Shown here one piece after another: positions 11,179-20,430 of a DNA stretch of 64,000 nucleotides (within the stretch, counting starts at the first letter, position 1; each line of letters begins with the position of its first letter). A model generated the notes under the pieces. The model had not been told where the DNA came from. It saw only the letters and a program-made list of their open reading frames with translations, and ran no database searches. A program made the translations under genes and the position numbers. The DNA is from an uncultured delta proteobacterium (GTDB lineage Bacteria; Desulfobacterota; Binatia; Binatales; Binataceae): NCBI GenBank assembly GCA_963724765.1, contig CAVRVY010000002.1:224001-288000 (forward strand), written 5' to 3'.

Positions 11179-11757
11179 TCAAAATCCGATTGCCAGCCAG
11201 GAGAACCCGTTACTCTGCTCGCTTACCAGACCAGCGCGCTGCATCAGGACTCCCGGAACGTCGAGCACGAAGGTCGCGCCGGACGCGCTGTAGCTGATAA
11301 CTGACGCCGCGGTATTGCCGCCTCCGGTGCTATAATAGACATTAGTCGCCAGCGGCGGCAGCAGGATTGCGTTGGGAAACGGGATCGGCCAGGTTACCGT
11401 GAATTGCGTGTCGTTGGGAATGCTCTCTTGAGCCAGTGCGTAGTAGCCCCACTGGATAATCGCGATCGATGAACCGCGGCTCACGTCGGTCAGCGGAATT
11501 TTCAGATAGCCCGCGGTCTTGAGCGACCCGGTGAAGCCGGCGACGAAGCTTTGCAGGGCCCCGATGTTCGCGATGTTGGTGTTCTGCCGCCCGTAAAGAA
11601 ACGCTGTGCGGTTGGCGAGTTGTTGATGGGGTTCGTTACTCACTCCGATACCGCTGAAGCTCGCGCCGGTGCCCGCACCCTCGACCGGGTCGGTTTGCTG
11701 AATCTCGTAAATCTCGTTGGCGGTAAATTCCGGACTATCGATAAGCGTGGCCATCAT
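11179..11757 (-). CDS. Short tail-fibre protein
   Basis: IYEIQQTDPVEG...GVSNEPHQQLANRTAFL fibre N-terminus; GYLKIP...IIQWG...VTWPIPFPNA...FSWLAIGF gp53-like C-terminus. Confidence 0.8.
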   Translation of the reverse strand: MMATLIDSPEFTANEIYEIQQTDPVEGAGTGASFSGIGVSNEPHQQLANRTAFLYGRQNTNIANIGALQSFVAGFTGSLKTAGYLKIPLTDVSRGSSIAIIQWGYYALAQESIPNDTQFTVTWPIPFPNAILLPPLATNVYYSTGGGNTAASVISYSASGATFVLDVPGVLMQRAGLVSEQSNGFSWLAIGF

Positions 11758-11762
11758 TCACC

Positions 11763-12416
11763 TCAGAACGTGAAGGTCCAGGTGCCCTGGTAATTCGCCG
11801 TGCCATTGAAGACGAAGCCCGGCACCACCGCGTGCGCCAGCATCGGAGCCGGCGCCGTATGCAGCGCGACCAGCGTCCAGACCAGGGTGCCGTCGCTGGT
11901 GGTGGCGCCGAGCGCCGTCGCCCAGGTCGGCGCCGTCGAGCCGCTGGTGCCCGCCGTCGTGCAGCGCTGAATATTGCCGTTGGCGTCGACGATCAAATTG
12001 CCGGCGGTCCAGGCCGTCGACCCCGCCCAGGCCGGATTCGCCGTGCCGATCGCGGATGGCATCGCGGCGCCCGCGCCGTTGGCGAACAGGCCCACCTCCT
12101 GCACGGTCATCCCGAGCGCTCCGTAGTCGGCGGTCGCCGAGAGCGCGTAGTTGAACTGCACGCTGCCGGAGCTGGGAAAAGTATGCGCGCCCACTGCGTT
12201 GTAGTATTTCGGCGCGGCGCCCAGATCGGTGTCATTCACGGTGGGCGCGGTGCTGCTGGAGCCGAAGCCGACCGCCAGTGCGTATTGGCCGGTTGTAACC
12301 CCCGCCATCAGGCTGGCCAGCGCCGGCAGCCCCGCGTTGACGAACAGATTGCGGCACTCCCACATCAGCGCGCCGCGCCTGAAGATTCTGACTATTCCCT
12401 GTGGCCGTTTCATCAT
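11763..12416 (-). CDS. Tail/baseplate-associated protein with CBM-like insert
   Basis: NLFVNAG...VGFGSSSTAPTVNDTDL...QEVGLF...WTFTF pattern; lies between gpI and the fibre gene. Confidence 0.7.
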   Translation of the reverse strand: MMKRPQGIVRIFRRGALMWECRNLFVNAGLPALASLMAGVTTGQYALAVGFGSSSTAPTVNDTDLGAAPKYYNAVGAHTFPSSGSVQFNYALSATADYGALGMTVQEVGLFANGAGAAMPSAIGTANPAWAGSTAWTAGNLIVDANGNIQRCTTAGTSGSTAPTWATALGATTSDGTLVWTLVALHTAPAPMLAHAVVPGFVFNGTANYQGTWTFTF

Positions 12417-12421
12417 TTGCT

Positions 12422-13249
12422 TTACCCATCTGCCGAAATAGGCACTCCGTTGGCGACCACCCCCGAGTCGGCTACTGCCGGTTCGTTGGCGCCGTATGTT
12501 ATCCCGATATGGTAGTAATGCCGATTGTATACCGGTGCGATCACTCGCTGGTCCGCCAGCGGCGCCAGTGGCGCAGTCAGCAGGTCACTCGGTGCGGGTG
12601 CGTTGTCGACCGCGCCGGTGAAGTCCCCCGGCGCCGGCGCCACGTCGCCCAGTGGCGCCGCCTCGAACACCAACGCGTCGAGCCAGCTTCGCGCCGGCTT
12701 GAAAAAATTTACCGCGGCGACGATCCGTGTCGCATCGTTCGCGCCCACCGTCTGTCCGGCTTCTAGACTCACCATCACGCGAAATACCGCCCAACCCTCT
12801 GAAGACGGCCATGCGCTGCCGCCCCAGCTCGCCTGTCCTTCCAGGAAGCTGACGCTGGTCCAGCCCAGCGAGCCCAGCGCCTGGCTTATCGAAGAGGGTG
12901 TGCCATGCACGCGATGCAGTGGAATGGCGGTTTGCAGCAGCGCTCGCCACGTATCGAAGTCGGTCGGCCCCGCGCTGCTCGACGACGACAACAACGTATC
13001 GACATCGGTCAGCGTGTCGATGTCGGTCAGCGCGTCGATGCTCTCGCCCGAGGTGCTCGCCGCTAGCTGCCACTGCGGATCGAGCATGTCGAATTGCCAG
13101 GCCAGGAAGGTCAGCGCTGAGTCGGGTGCCGAGTCGAGGCGGTAGACCAGCAATGGCGTGAGATCGAGCGCGTCGAGCCGTTCGATGGTTGCCAACAGCG
13201 ATTGCGAACGCAGGTCGTCTATCGACGGCGGTATTTGGAGTTGCGCCAT
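12422..13249 (-). CDS. Baseplate wedge protein, P2 gpI-like
   Basis: DSALTFLAWQFD, AIPLHRVHGTP..I..AL, WAVFRV and KPARS motifs. Confidence 0.85.
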   Translation of the reverse strand: MAQLQIPPSIDDLRSQSLLATIERLDALDLTPLLVYRLDSAPDSALTFLAWQFDMLDPQWQLAASTSGESIDALTDIDTLTDVDTLLSSSSSAGPTDFDTWRALLQTAIPLHRVHGTPSSISQALGSLGWTSVSFLEGQASWGGSAWPSSEGWAVFRVMVSLEAGQTVGANDATRIVAAVNFFKPARSWLDALVFEAAPLGDVAPAPGDFTGAVDNAPAPSDLLTAPLAPLADQRVIAPVYNRHYYHIGITYGANEPAVADSGVVANGVPISADG

Positions 13250-13500
13250 TAATCCACCAGCAATCCCGGCGCCGCCGCCCGGTCATGCCCCCCGCGTTCG
13301 CCGTTGCCGCGCTTCTCCGGCGCGCAATACATGTGCGGTTCCGGCGCAGGTATCGGCTTGGCCGTGTCGAACCGCGCGATTAGCTCGTCGGCCTCCGCCG
13401 CGCTGCGCTTGTGGTCAGCGATGAGATGCGCGCGCACCGCGTCCGCGATGCACAACGCGCCCCGGCAAAGCGGGCAGAACTGCGTGGCCGGCGCGCCCAT
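13249..13500 (-). CDS. Small C2H2 zinc-finger-like protein
   Basis: FCPLC...HLIADH; its ATG overlaps the gpJ stop (TGATG) and its stop overlaps the gpI start (TAATG). Confidence 0.6.
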   Translation of the reverse strand: MGAPATQFCPLCRGALCIADAVRAHLIADHKRSAAEADELIARFDTAKPIPAPEPHMYCAPEKRGNGERGGHDRAAAPGLLVD

Positions 13501-14669
13501 CACGAATGCTCCGAGGCGATCGCCTGCGCCAGTGTGATCGCGGTGCAGTTGGCCCATTGCCCGGCGGTGAGTTGCGTATAGGACGGCTGCGTCAGCACCA
13601 CCTGGTAGACGCCGGGGACCGATAGCGCCGCCACGATTTCGCTCGGCACGATGTCGCGCTGGATGCGTGCGGCCAGGTTGAGCGCGATGTCCTGTGCGGC
13701 GGTGTTGACCGCGGCCATGGTCGAGATCGGTTCGGCGTCGGCGAACAGTGTGACCGTGCCTGTGATCTGGTAGTCGATTTCGCTCACTGCCAGTGCGCTC
13801 ACCGTGTCGGTCAACGGCCGCACGTTATCGGCCCCAAGCGCCTGCTGCACCTGCGCGAGCAGCGCGGAATTTGCCACCCCCGCGCTGTTGGGCGAAGCGG
13901 CCGGCTGCGCCGCGATTGGCCCGGTCAGGATGTAAACCTGGACCGTGCCGGGCGCGGGTGAGACCACGGCGACGTCGATAATCGAGGGATCTACGCCGAG
14001 TGCGAAGAAGCGGTACGCGCCCGTCGGACCGGCCACGCTGAACTGATTGGGCGCGGCCTGGATGCGGGTGCGCAGATGGTCGTCGGTCTCGGGCGCCGAG
14101 CCGCCGCCGGTCGTGACGGTGTTGGTCACAGAAGCGATCAGCACGTTGGGATTGAGCAGCACGCTGACCTGGCCGGGAAGATAGCCGTTGGCATTCGGGC
14201 CCGCCGTGATGCAGGTCGCCGTGGTGCTCGCGACCGTCGTCGCGGCCGGCACGATGAGATCGGCGCCAGTCGCGAAAACGAACTCGCCATCGGCGGTGCC
14301 GGCCTGCGTGCCGGCCGGGATCGTATATGCCAGCGTGAGCGCGTTTTGCAGCGTGAACTGCAGCGTCGTCACTGCACCCTGCGCGCCGAGCCGGCTCACT
14401 CCGAGCAACTGCCCCAGGTAATCGATCATCGGAAAGACCGCGAAGGCGAGCAGGTTCTGCTGTCCGGCGTATTGGATCGCGTTGCGGACCAGAGACTCAC
14501 GGTAAGCGTACAGGTTGATCAGCAGGCGCTCCACCTGCGCTGGTTGCAAAGTGCGGCCGGCGGCGGTCTGGAAGGCCGTTATCATGTCGGCCAAAATCAG
14601 GTTGGGATTAAGCCCGTCGGCGTCATTGACGAATGTCGGTGGCGGCAGATTTGATATTCCGGCTCCCAT
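13500..14669 (-). CDS. Baseplate J-like protein
   Basis: AYRESLVR, QNLLAFA, ETDDHLRTRI, FSVAGPTGAYRFFAL and VRPLTDTV. Confidence 0.93.
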   Translation of the reverse strand: MGAGISNLPPPTFVNDADGLNPNLILADMITAFQTAAGRTLQPAQVERLLINLYAYRESLVRNAIQYAGQQNLLAFAVFPMIDYLGQLLGVSRLGAQGAVTTLQFTLQNALTLAYTIPAGTQAGTADGEFVFATGADLIVPAATTVASTTATCITAGPNANGYLPGQVSVLLNPNVLIASVTNTVTTGGGSAPETDDHLRTRIQAAPNQFSVAGPTGAYRFFALGVDPSIIDVAVVSPAPGTVQVYILTGPIAAQPAASPNSAGVANSALLAQVQQALGADNVRPLTDTVSALAVSEIDYQITGTVTLFADAEPISTMAAVNTAAQDIALNLAARIQRDIVPSEIVAALSVPGVYQVVLTQPSYTQLTAGQWANCTAITLAQAIASEHS

Positions 14670-14746
14670 CTGGCTTCCCTTCGCGATTTGCGCGCACGAT
14701 TCGCGCGTGTCCCCAACTTACTATCCTTATTTGCTAGCTCGACCTG

Positions 14747-15190
14747 CTATGCTGGCTGGCCCGCGCTCGCCGTTGTGACCGTCGTGTTCTGCGCCGGGCT
14801 CGGCGCGGTGCCGAGGTTGAGCTGCCACGACACCGTTATCTCGACGTGCGCTCCCGGTTGCGCCGCGACATCCAACAGCGGCGTGGTCGTGACCGAGAGC
14901 AGCTTCACACGGGGCTCCCACTGAGTAATCGCTTGAGTAACTTCGCGGACCACGGCCGGCCCCGCTTCGCTAATCGGTGCATCGATATATTTCCAGAAGT
15001 CGACGCCGAAAGTTGGACGCAGCACGTCAGTGCCTTTGGGCGTGGTCAAAATGATCGCGATACACTGGTCGACATCGGCGACCCCGGTGACCACGTTGCC
15101 GATTCCCGACCCCGGCTGTCCCGGCGTATCGAGCATCAGCGACCAATCCGCCGACGTGATATCCGCAAGTGTGATTGCTCCGGCCGGCAT
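14747..15190 (-). CDS. Baseplate gpW/gp25-like protein
   Basis: DVDQCIAIILTTPKGT..LRPTFG..YID.P...AITQWEPRVKL. Confidence 0.92.
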   Translation of the reverse strand: MPAGAITLADITSADWSLMLDTPGQPGSGIGNVVTGVADVDQCIAIILTTPKGTDVLRPTFGVDFWKYIDAPISEAGPAVVREVTQAITQWEPRVKLLSVTTTPLLDVAAQPGAHVEITVSWQLNLGTAPSPAQNTTVTTASAGQPA

Positions 15191-15264
15191 CTATGCGGCG
15201 CTCCTTCCGAAGCCCCTCCCCAAGACATAGGGACGGGGCTGCAGAATTGTCGAATCAAATGCGC

Positions 15265-15804
15265 TCATGACATCTGCTGGGTCGGCGGCGCCGAGTTTCC
15301 ACCTTGCGGGTCTGAATGGGTATGCCCGTTATAGGTGTTGATAATTCCGTCCACCGAGTCGTTATGCGCCGAGGTGATCAGGTTGATTCCGCTTGCGGCG
15401 TGGACGGTGACATTGCCGCTGTTATCGATCGCAATCGACGCGCCGTTGGCGCTGAGGTTCATTGTCGCTCCGTTGGGCAGGCTCACGGCAAGCGCATGCG
15501 CGGCGCGGTCGTACTCGACGCTCGCGCCGTCTTTGAACGAGATGTGGTATTTGTCAGCGCTCTGTACCGGCGGCGTGTCGGCGCTCGAATATATCGCTCC
15601 CATCACCGCGCCCGCCTCGTCGTGTTCATCCATCACGCATACTACCTGCTCTCCAATATCCGGTACCCAGTAACCTTTGTCGTTCTGCGTTTTTGGAAAA
15701 AGGATCGGTAGCCAGTACGAGAGCATCTGGTCGCGATCCGGAAATACGACTCGCACCCGGGCGCCCTGAAGGTCTTGCTGTTTCACCAGGCCTACGCGAA
15801 ACAT
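15265..15804 (-). CDS. Baseplate spike protein gpV-like
   Basis: RVRVVFPD..SYWLP..WVPDIGEQV..GAIYS..F.DGA.VEYD; C-terminal HTH metal-binding tip motif (NGHTHSD). Confidence 0.92.
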   Translation of the reverse strand: MFRVGLVKQQDLQGARVRVVFPDRDQMLSYWLPILFPKTQNDKGYWVPDIGEQVVCVMDEHDEAGAVMGAIYSSADTPPVQSADKYHISFKDGASVEYDRAAHALAVSLPNGATMNLSANGASIAIDNSGNVTVHAASGINLITSAHNDSVDGIINTYNGHTHSDPQGGNSAPPTQQMS

Positions 15805-15869
15805 GGATGCCGCCTCCTTCACCCCAGGGTTCGAAATCTCGCGTCACGCGTTTATGGTTCGGCGCCGCG

Positions 15870-16877
15870 TTACGACACCATTCTCAGGTCGGCCTCGGTG
15901 ATGTAGCCGGTGGCGCGCGAAAGACGATGCTGCGCGCGTTCGATCAGGTAGCTTCCGTCCATCACGTCCCATCCCGACAGCGTAACCACGTTACCCGCCA
16001 CCAGCAGCGTGGTGCCGGGCGCGACGAGATGGCAGGTCACCAGGAGCCGGTTGGCCTCGTGCAGCGCGGCGCTCGCGCGTTCCATGGCCTGCTGTCCGTT
16101 CTCGCAGCGTGCAATGACCTTGCGCACGTCTCCGGTTGCCACTGCGGGATTCGCTTGCGCGGTCTGCGTGTATAGCTGCTTGCTCTGCGGATCGAAGTAA
16201 GCGGCCTGCGCCTGTTTGTAAATCCGATGGGTCTTGGCCACGAAGCTGAAACGCTCGACCGTATTGCGCTGGAGCGTCAGCACCGCCGGCTGCGCTTCCA
16301 GCAGCGGGCGCGCGTAAAACACCAGCTGAGTGCCACGGACGGTGAAGTTGTAGTCATGCTCAGTCGCGATGCGATGAAGAAATTCGAGGTCGGTCTCCTG
16401 CTTTTGCGTGATCCGCAGATAGCTTACGTCGAGCTCGTTCGGCGCCCCGATCACGGTCATCCCATGCCGCGCCGCGACCGTCGCCGCAATCTGCAGCATC
16501 GTCTGGTTCTCGTATCCAAGACTGTTACGGGTTCGAAGCGACGGCGTGATCCAGGCCGGCAGACAGCGCAGATGGAAAACGTCGGGCGGCCCTTCGAGTT
16601 CGAGGTCGTCAACCTGGAAATCGCCGCATGGTAGCAGCAGTTCGCCAGCGTAGCCAATCAGCAGGCTGACCGCGTCCCCCTGCTGAGGGAACCATGCCCC
16701 CTGCCAGCGCTTGTCGCGATCCTCCAGCTCGATTTCAAGGTCGCCGGAGCGCCCGCCAAGTTCATCGGCATAGCGGATCGAGAGCACCATATGCGATATA
16801 TCCGCGGTGATATTCACGCCACTGTATAGAAGTATCCAGTTGGGCGAGCGGACCGGGTATGCAATCGCGGCAGTCAT
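15870..16877 (-). CDS. Tail hub / late control gpD-like protein
   Basis: SGDLEIELEDRD, GDFQVDDLE, RITQKQETDLEFLHRIA and YLIERAQHRLSRATGYIT. Confidence 0.9.
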   Translation of the reverse strand: MTAAIAYPVRSPNWILLYSGVNITADISHMVLSIRYADELGGRSGDLEIELEDRDKRWQGAWFPQQGDAVSLLIGYAGELLLPCGDFQVDDLELEGPPDVFHLRCLPAWITPSLRTRNSLGYENQTMLQIAATVAARHGMTVIGAPNELDVSYLRITQKQETDLEFLHRIATEHDYNFTVRGTQLVFYARPLLEAQPAVLTLQRNTVERFSFVAKTHRIYKQAQAAYFDPQSKQLYTQTAQANPAVATGDVRKVIARCENGQQAMERASAALHEANRLLVTCHLVAPGTTLLVAGNVVTLSGWDVMDGSYLIERAQHRLSRATGYITEADLRMVS

Positions 16878-16926
16878 TATTGTGAAGCTTCCGGCGTCAT
16901 TGGGTACAGGGTCGGCATCCGCGGCC

Positions 16927-17184
16927 TCAAGACGGTGTTCCCGCCGCGGCGGCCGTCGTAGCGGCGGTCTTCCAGGGCGGCAGATCGGCAGTCAGCACGC
17001 TTTGCTGCTGGATGATCGGAATCGCCAGCGCGATCCCGGCCTCGAATACAGGCTCGATTGGCACCCCCGGGTTGGCCATGACAATGATGCTGTAGTTGGT
17101 AGGGTCGCCGTAGTATTGCCACGCCAGCAAATCCCATCGCTCGCCGGCGTACGTGAGATGCTGGATGAACTGCGGAGCGCTCAT
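16927..17184 (-). CDS. Tail protein X (LysM-like)
   Basis: GERWDLLAWQYYGD...ANP...IPI...LPPWK. Confidence 0.9.
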   Translation of the reverse strand: MSAPQFIQHLTYAGERWDLLAWQYYGDPTNYSIIVMANPGVPIEPVFEAGIALAIPIIQQQSVLTADLPPWKTAATTAAAAGTPS

Positions 17185-17810
17185 TGCGGGGACCTAACGA
17201 TGGCGGCCGCTGGCACGTCGGTATAGGAAAGATCCGGTCCGCCGGCGCCTGCGGGCAGCGGGTTGTCGACCAGCGGCGAGACGCCAGGCTGATTGAAGGT
17301 CGGCGCGCTGTAGCTCGCGGCGGCAGCGCCGGTCCCGAGCACCGCCGCAGGGGAACTATAGCTGATAGCTACCGCCGCGATGCCCAGCGGTATGGTGACC
17401 GGGCGCGGCGGTGCGGACGGATCGAACTCGGAACCGGGCACCCATTCGCGCAGGCTGGTTCGCACCCGAATCGCGATCGGTGTGGCGTCTGCGCCGAGTT
17501 GGATATCGCTGGTGGCGACCGATTCCACCACGAAAAACCCGCGGAAGAGCCCGTTGCCAAGCACGAGTGCGCGGGCCTGATGGTCGTTGGCGGCGGCCAG
17601 CAGGGCGGTGAGTTGCGCCGCGGGGTCGGTGAACGAAATGTGGAAAAGCATCGCGAGCGTGATGTTTTCCAGTTCGGCGGCGAGCCATTGCAGGCGCGGC
17701 CGGTCCTCGACCACCCGATGCTCTGCGTAGTCGAAGCGCCGGCTGGATTCGAAGACCTCGGGCGAGCCGATCACTTGAAAGGAAATTTCACCAAGTAGTG
17801 CGAACATCAA
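17181..17810 (-). CDS. Tail protein gpU-like
   Basis: MFALLGEISF, YAEHRVVEDRPRLQW and LVLGNGLFRGFFV; Pro/Ala-rich C-terminal extension. Confidence 0.88.
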   Translation of the reverse strand: MMFALLGEISFQVIGSPEVFESSRRFDYAEHRVVEDRPRLQWLAAELENITLAMLFHISFTDPAAQLTALLAAANDHQARALVLGNGLFRGFFVVESVATSDIQLGADATPIAIRVRTSLREWVPGSEFDPSAPPRPVTIPLGIAAVAISYSSPAAVLGTGAAAASYSAPTFNQPGVSPLVDNPLPAGAGGPDLSYTDVPAAAIVRSPQ

Positions 17811-17829
17811 TGCTTCCTGGAGCCAATGG

Positions 17830-19293
17830 CTATTCGTCCAAAGCCGGATTTACAAAGTCTCTGCGTTGCTGCCGGACGACCTCGCGTGCCAGCACCTGGT
17901 GTAGCTCGCGGCCGTGGCGCTCGAGGATTTCCATTACACGCCGCTTGAGCGCGGCGGCGTCGGCCGCGTTCTCGGAATGAATAACCACGTTGGGCGCATA
18001 GTTAATAACGATCGGAGTTTGCGCCACGCCCACCGCTGACAGTGGAGCAGCGATACGCGCCGTATCGTTGGTCGAAATGAGCGGCGCGGTGAATGCACCG
18101 GCGCTGGCGCCCGCGAGCATCAGCGGCGCAACGAATGCGGCTGCTGCTGCGGCTCGCCTCATCGCGCGGATCATGGGTGTCGGCCGCGTGCCGGCGGCGG
18201 CGCGCTCGGCCGCTCGCGCGCGGTTCATGCCGCGCGTGGTTGCCGCTGCCTGCGCCGTTGCCGCCGCGGCGGTAGGTAAGCGCAGCGCGTTGGTCGTACC
18301 CGCTGCGACACTAGCGATCGAATTGCCCGCGTAGCCAGCCGCGTTCCTGATTTTATCGGCCGTCCACTTCATCAAGCGGACGACGGCTTTATGCGCCGAC
18401 TCGGTCCAACGCGAGAGCAGCCGTTTGGTGACGTCCCAGTACCCGCATAGTTCATATGCGGCAACGGCGAGCGCGACGATAGCGGCCAGTATGCCTCCGA
18501 GGACGAAGTATAAAGTGCGCCTGACCGCGGCGAGCATCACACCAAAGTCGGCTGCGGTGGCGAGCCAGCGGAGTGCAAAAACGGGGCTCAGTACCAGTCT
18601 CAAGCCCTCTTGGAGAGGCTCGATGATTGCGCTCTTTATGAATTTAACCGCAGAACCAAGGACCCACAGGGCACCCAAAGCATACACGGCCCACTTCGTT
18701 GGAGTGGACACCGTTGTATTATTCTTCACGAACTCTGCCATCTCGTTGATTATCTGGGCCCCGCGTACAAGCGCTCGCTTGAGAACTGGTGCCAATGGCG
18801 CGGCGAGTTGTCGTAACAGGCGAGGCACGCTCTGTTTCACATCTGCTAGCGGGTCAATTTCTGCTTTGTCGCGGTAAATTGGGTTGCCCTGGTGCGTTTG
18901 CTGATTGCGCGGGAGAGAAATGGCAAGAGAGTGATACACGCTCGAGAAAATGCCCAAGAGTGCTTTGACATTTAAAGAGGAAGAGTCGCTCCTGGAAGAT
19001 TTGGAAGAGTTATGATGGCGACGGGTCTTTTTGGGTTTCGTTGCCTCGTTTTCGATTGAGGAATTAGGTCTGTTTGAATTGGGAATGGCTGGAGCCGTTT
19101 GCTCGCCGTTAGCAACCGTGTCCGACGCTATGCAGAGGCGAGGACCCAGTGACAAGGCACCGTGCAGGCGTGCGTTTAAGACGAGTATCTTCGTCGCGCG
19201 CGTGATATGGCCGAAGTTACTGGCTGCCTGTCCAATGGCACCAGCCCCAGCAAGCGCGCGCTGCACCCCGAAGATATTGTCGCTCAGAATCAT
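17830..19293 (-). CDS. Short, divergent tape-measure-like protein
   Basis: Position between chaperone and gpU; amphipathic Ala/Leu-rich segment with ALAVAAYEL..YWD..K....W; atypical N-terminus. Confidence 0.62.
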   Translation of the reverse strand: MILSDNIFGVQRALAGAGAIGQAASNFGHITRATKILVLNARLHGALSLGPRLCIASDTVANGEQTAPAIPNSNRPNSSIENEATKPKKTRRHHNSSKSSRSDSSSLNVKALLGIFSSVYHSLAISLPRNQQTHQGNPIYRDKAEIDPLADVKQSVPRLLRQLAAPLAPVLKRALVRGAQIINEMAEFVKNNTTVSTPTKWAVYALGALWVLGSAVKFIKSAIIEPLQEGLRLVLSPVFALRWLATAADFGVMLAAVRRTLYFVLGGILAAIVALAVAAYELCGYWDVTKRLLSRWTESAHKAVVRLMKWTADKIRNAAGYAGNSIASVAAGTTNALRLPTAAAATAQAAATTRGMNRARAAERAAAGTRPTPMIRAMRRAAAAAAFVAPLMLAGASAGAFTAPLISTNDTARIAAPLSAVGVAQTPIVINYAPNVVIHSENAADAAALKRRVMEILERHGRELHQVLAREVVRQQRRDFVNPALDE

Positions 19294-19311
19294 AGGAGAT
19301 AAATGGTCAAA

Positions 19312-19491
19312 TTATGCATGGCGCTCGCTCATCGCTTTGTCGGCCGCGCGGTTGTAATCGGCGACCGCCGCCATCCAGAAGTCAATCTCATCGAACTCCA
19401 TCGCCGCTAGTTCTCCGACACCGAAGCCGAAGCGGACGAGTCCTGCGAAGCCGCCGGCGCTGGGGAGTCCGGCGCCGGCTCGGGAAAATTT
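19312..19491 (-). other. -1 programmed frameshift site and gpE'-like chaperone extension
   Basis: In-frame slippery heptamer A AAT TTT (plus 19485-19491); the -1 frame reads ...GFGVGELAAMEFDEIDFWMAAVADYN..* to 19312. Confidence 0.78.
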
Positions 19492-19766
19492 GCTCCCGTC
19501 ACCTCCGCCTGCAGCACCAGCACGTCGCCCAGGTCCATGTCGACCACGTCCTCATATACGATCGACGCGCCGTCGATCTGCGCCAGCTCGGCGATCAGAG
19601 CGAAGACTACTGCGGTCGGGTCGGGATTGCCGGCGACCGCGCGCTGCGCGCGCATCAGGTCGCGGCCCTTGCCCCGGCGGATCGCGGCGATCTTGCCGGA
19701 TGGCAGCGTGATGCTGCGCAAATGCGACGCTGCTGCGGGTTGCTCGAACGATGGTGTTTCGCCCAT
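19407..19766 (-). CDS. Tail assembly chaperone (gpE-like)
   Basis: ITLPSGK..IRRGKGRDLMRAQR..LIAELAQIDG..YEDVVDMDLGD; follows the tube gene. Confidence 0.85.
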   Translation of the reverse strand: MGETPSFEQPAAASHLRSITLPSGKIAAIRRGKGRDLMRAQRAVAGNPDPTAVVFALIAELAQIDGASIVYEDVVDMDLGDVLVLQAEVTGANFPEPAPDSPAPAASQDSSASASVSEN

Positions 19767-19848
19767 GAGGATCGTCTCCGGTGAGCCATGGTTGATTGCT
19801 TAAGAGGCCGCTCGTGAGAAGCGATTCAAGAAGGAGCCGGCGGACGGG

Positions 19849-20370
19849 CTAGCCGCCCAGGTTGGTGCGGAAGTTTGCGAGCTGGTCGACGCCGTTGACC
19901 ACGTATATGTTTGCCATCACGTCGAACAGGAATATCTGCGTGCCGGCAATATACAGTTCGGAGTGATAGACCGAGATCAGCGACGTGGTATCCACTCCTT
20001 CGTGCAGCTTGAAGTTCATCGAGCCGGCATCTTTGAATATCCCGGTCATCAGGTAGACCAGCGGCTGTTCCTGCGTGCGTCCCTGGCTGGTGTAGGTTTC
20101 GAGGCTGCCGCGAACCTGGAAGTAGTGCGCCGTGAAGGGGCTGTTCAGCGCCGTTTCGGCCTCGGGATAAATCGACGCCCACTTGATTTTGGCCTCGAGC
20201 TTGTCGACGCCGGCCCAGAACTCCGCCGAGCCCGCCATCCCGAGCCCCTTGTGGTCGACCATCTTGTGCTTGGGTTTGGCGACCTCGATTTCCTCGGCGC
20301 GGCCGAGGAGCCCGGTGCCGTCGAGGTAAACGTTGGCGTTGGTGATTCGATTTACGGCCAGATTTGACAT
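19849..20370 (-). CDS. Major tail tube protein (P2 FII-like)
   Basis: ITNANVYLDG..LLGRAEE, HKGLGM.G, GVDKLEAKIKW and NIYVVNGVDQLANFRTNLG. Confidence 0.93.
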   Translation of the reverse strand: MSNLAVNRITNANVYLDGTGLLGRAEEIEVAKPKHKMVDHKGLGMAGSAEFWAGVDKLEAKIKWASIYPEAETALNSPFTAHYFQVRGSLETYTSQGRTQEQPLVYLMTGIFKDAGSMNFKLHEGVDTTSLISVYHSELYIAGTQIFLFDVMANIYVVNGVDQLANFRTNLGG

Positions 20371-20430
20371 TGCGATGAACCTCGTCAGGCCCGGGCACGC
20401 GCGGTGCCCGGGGCCCCGATTAGTGTGACC

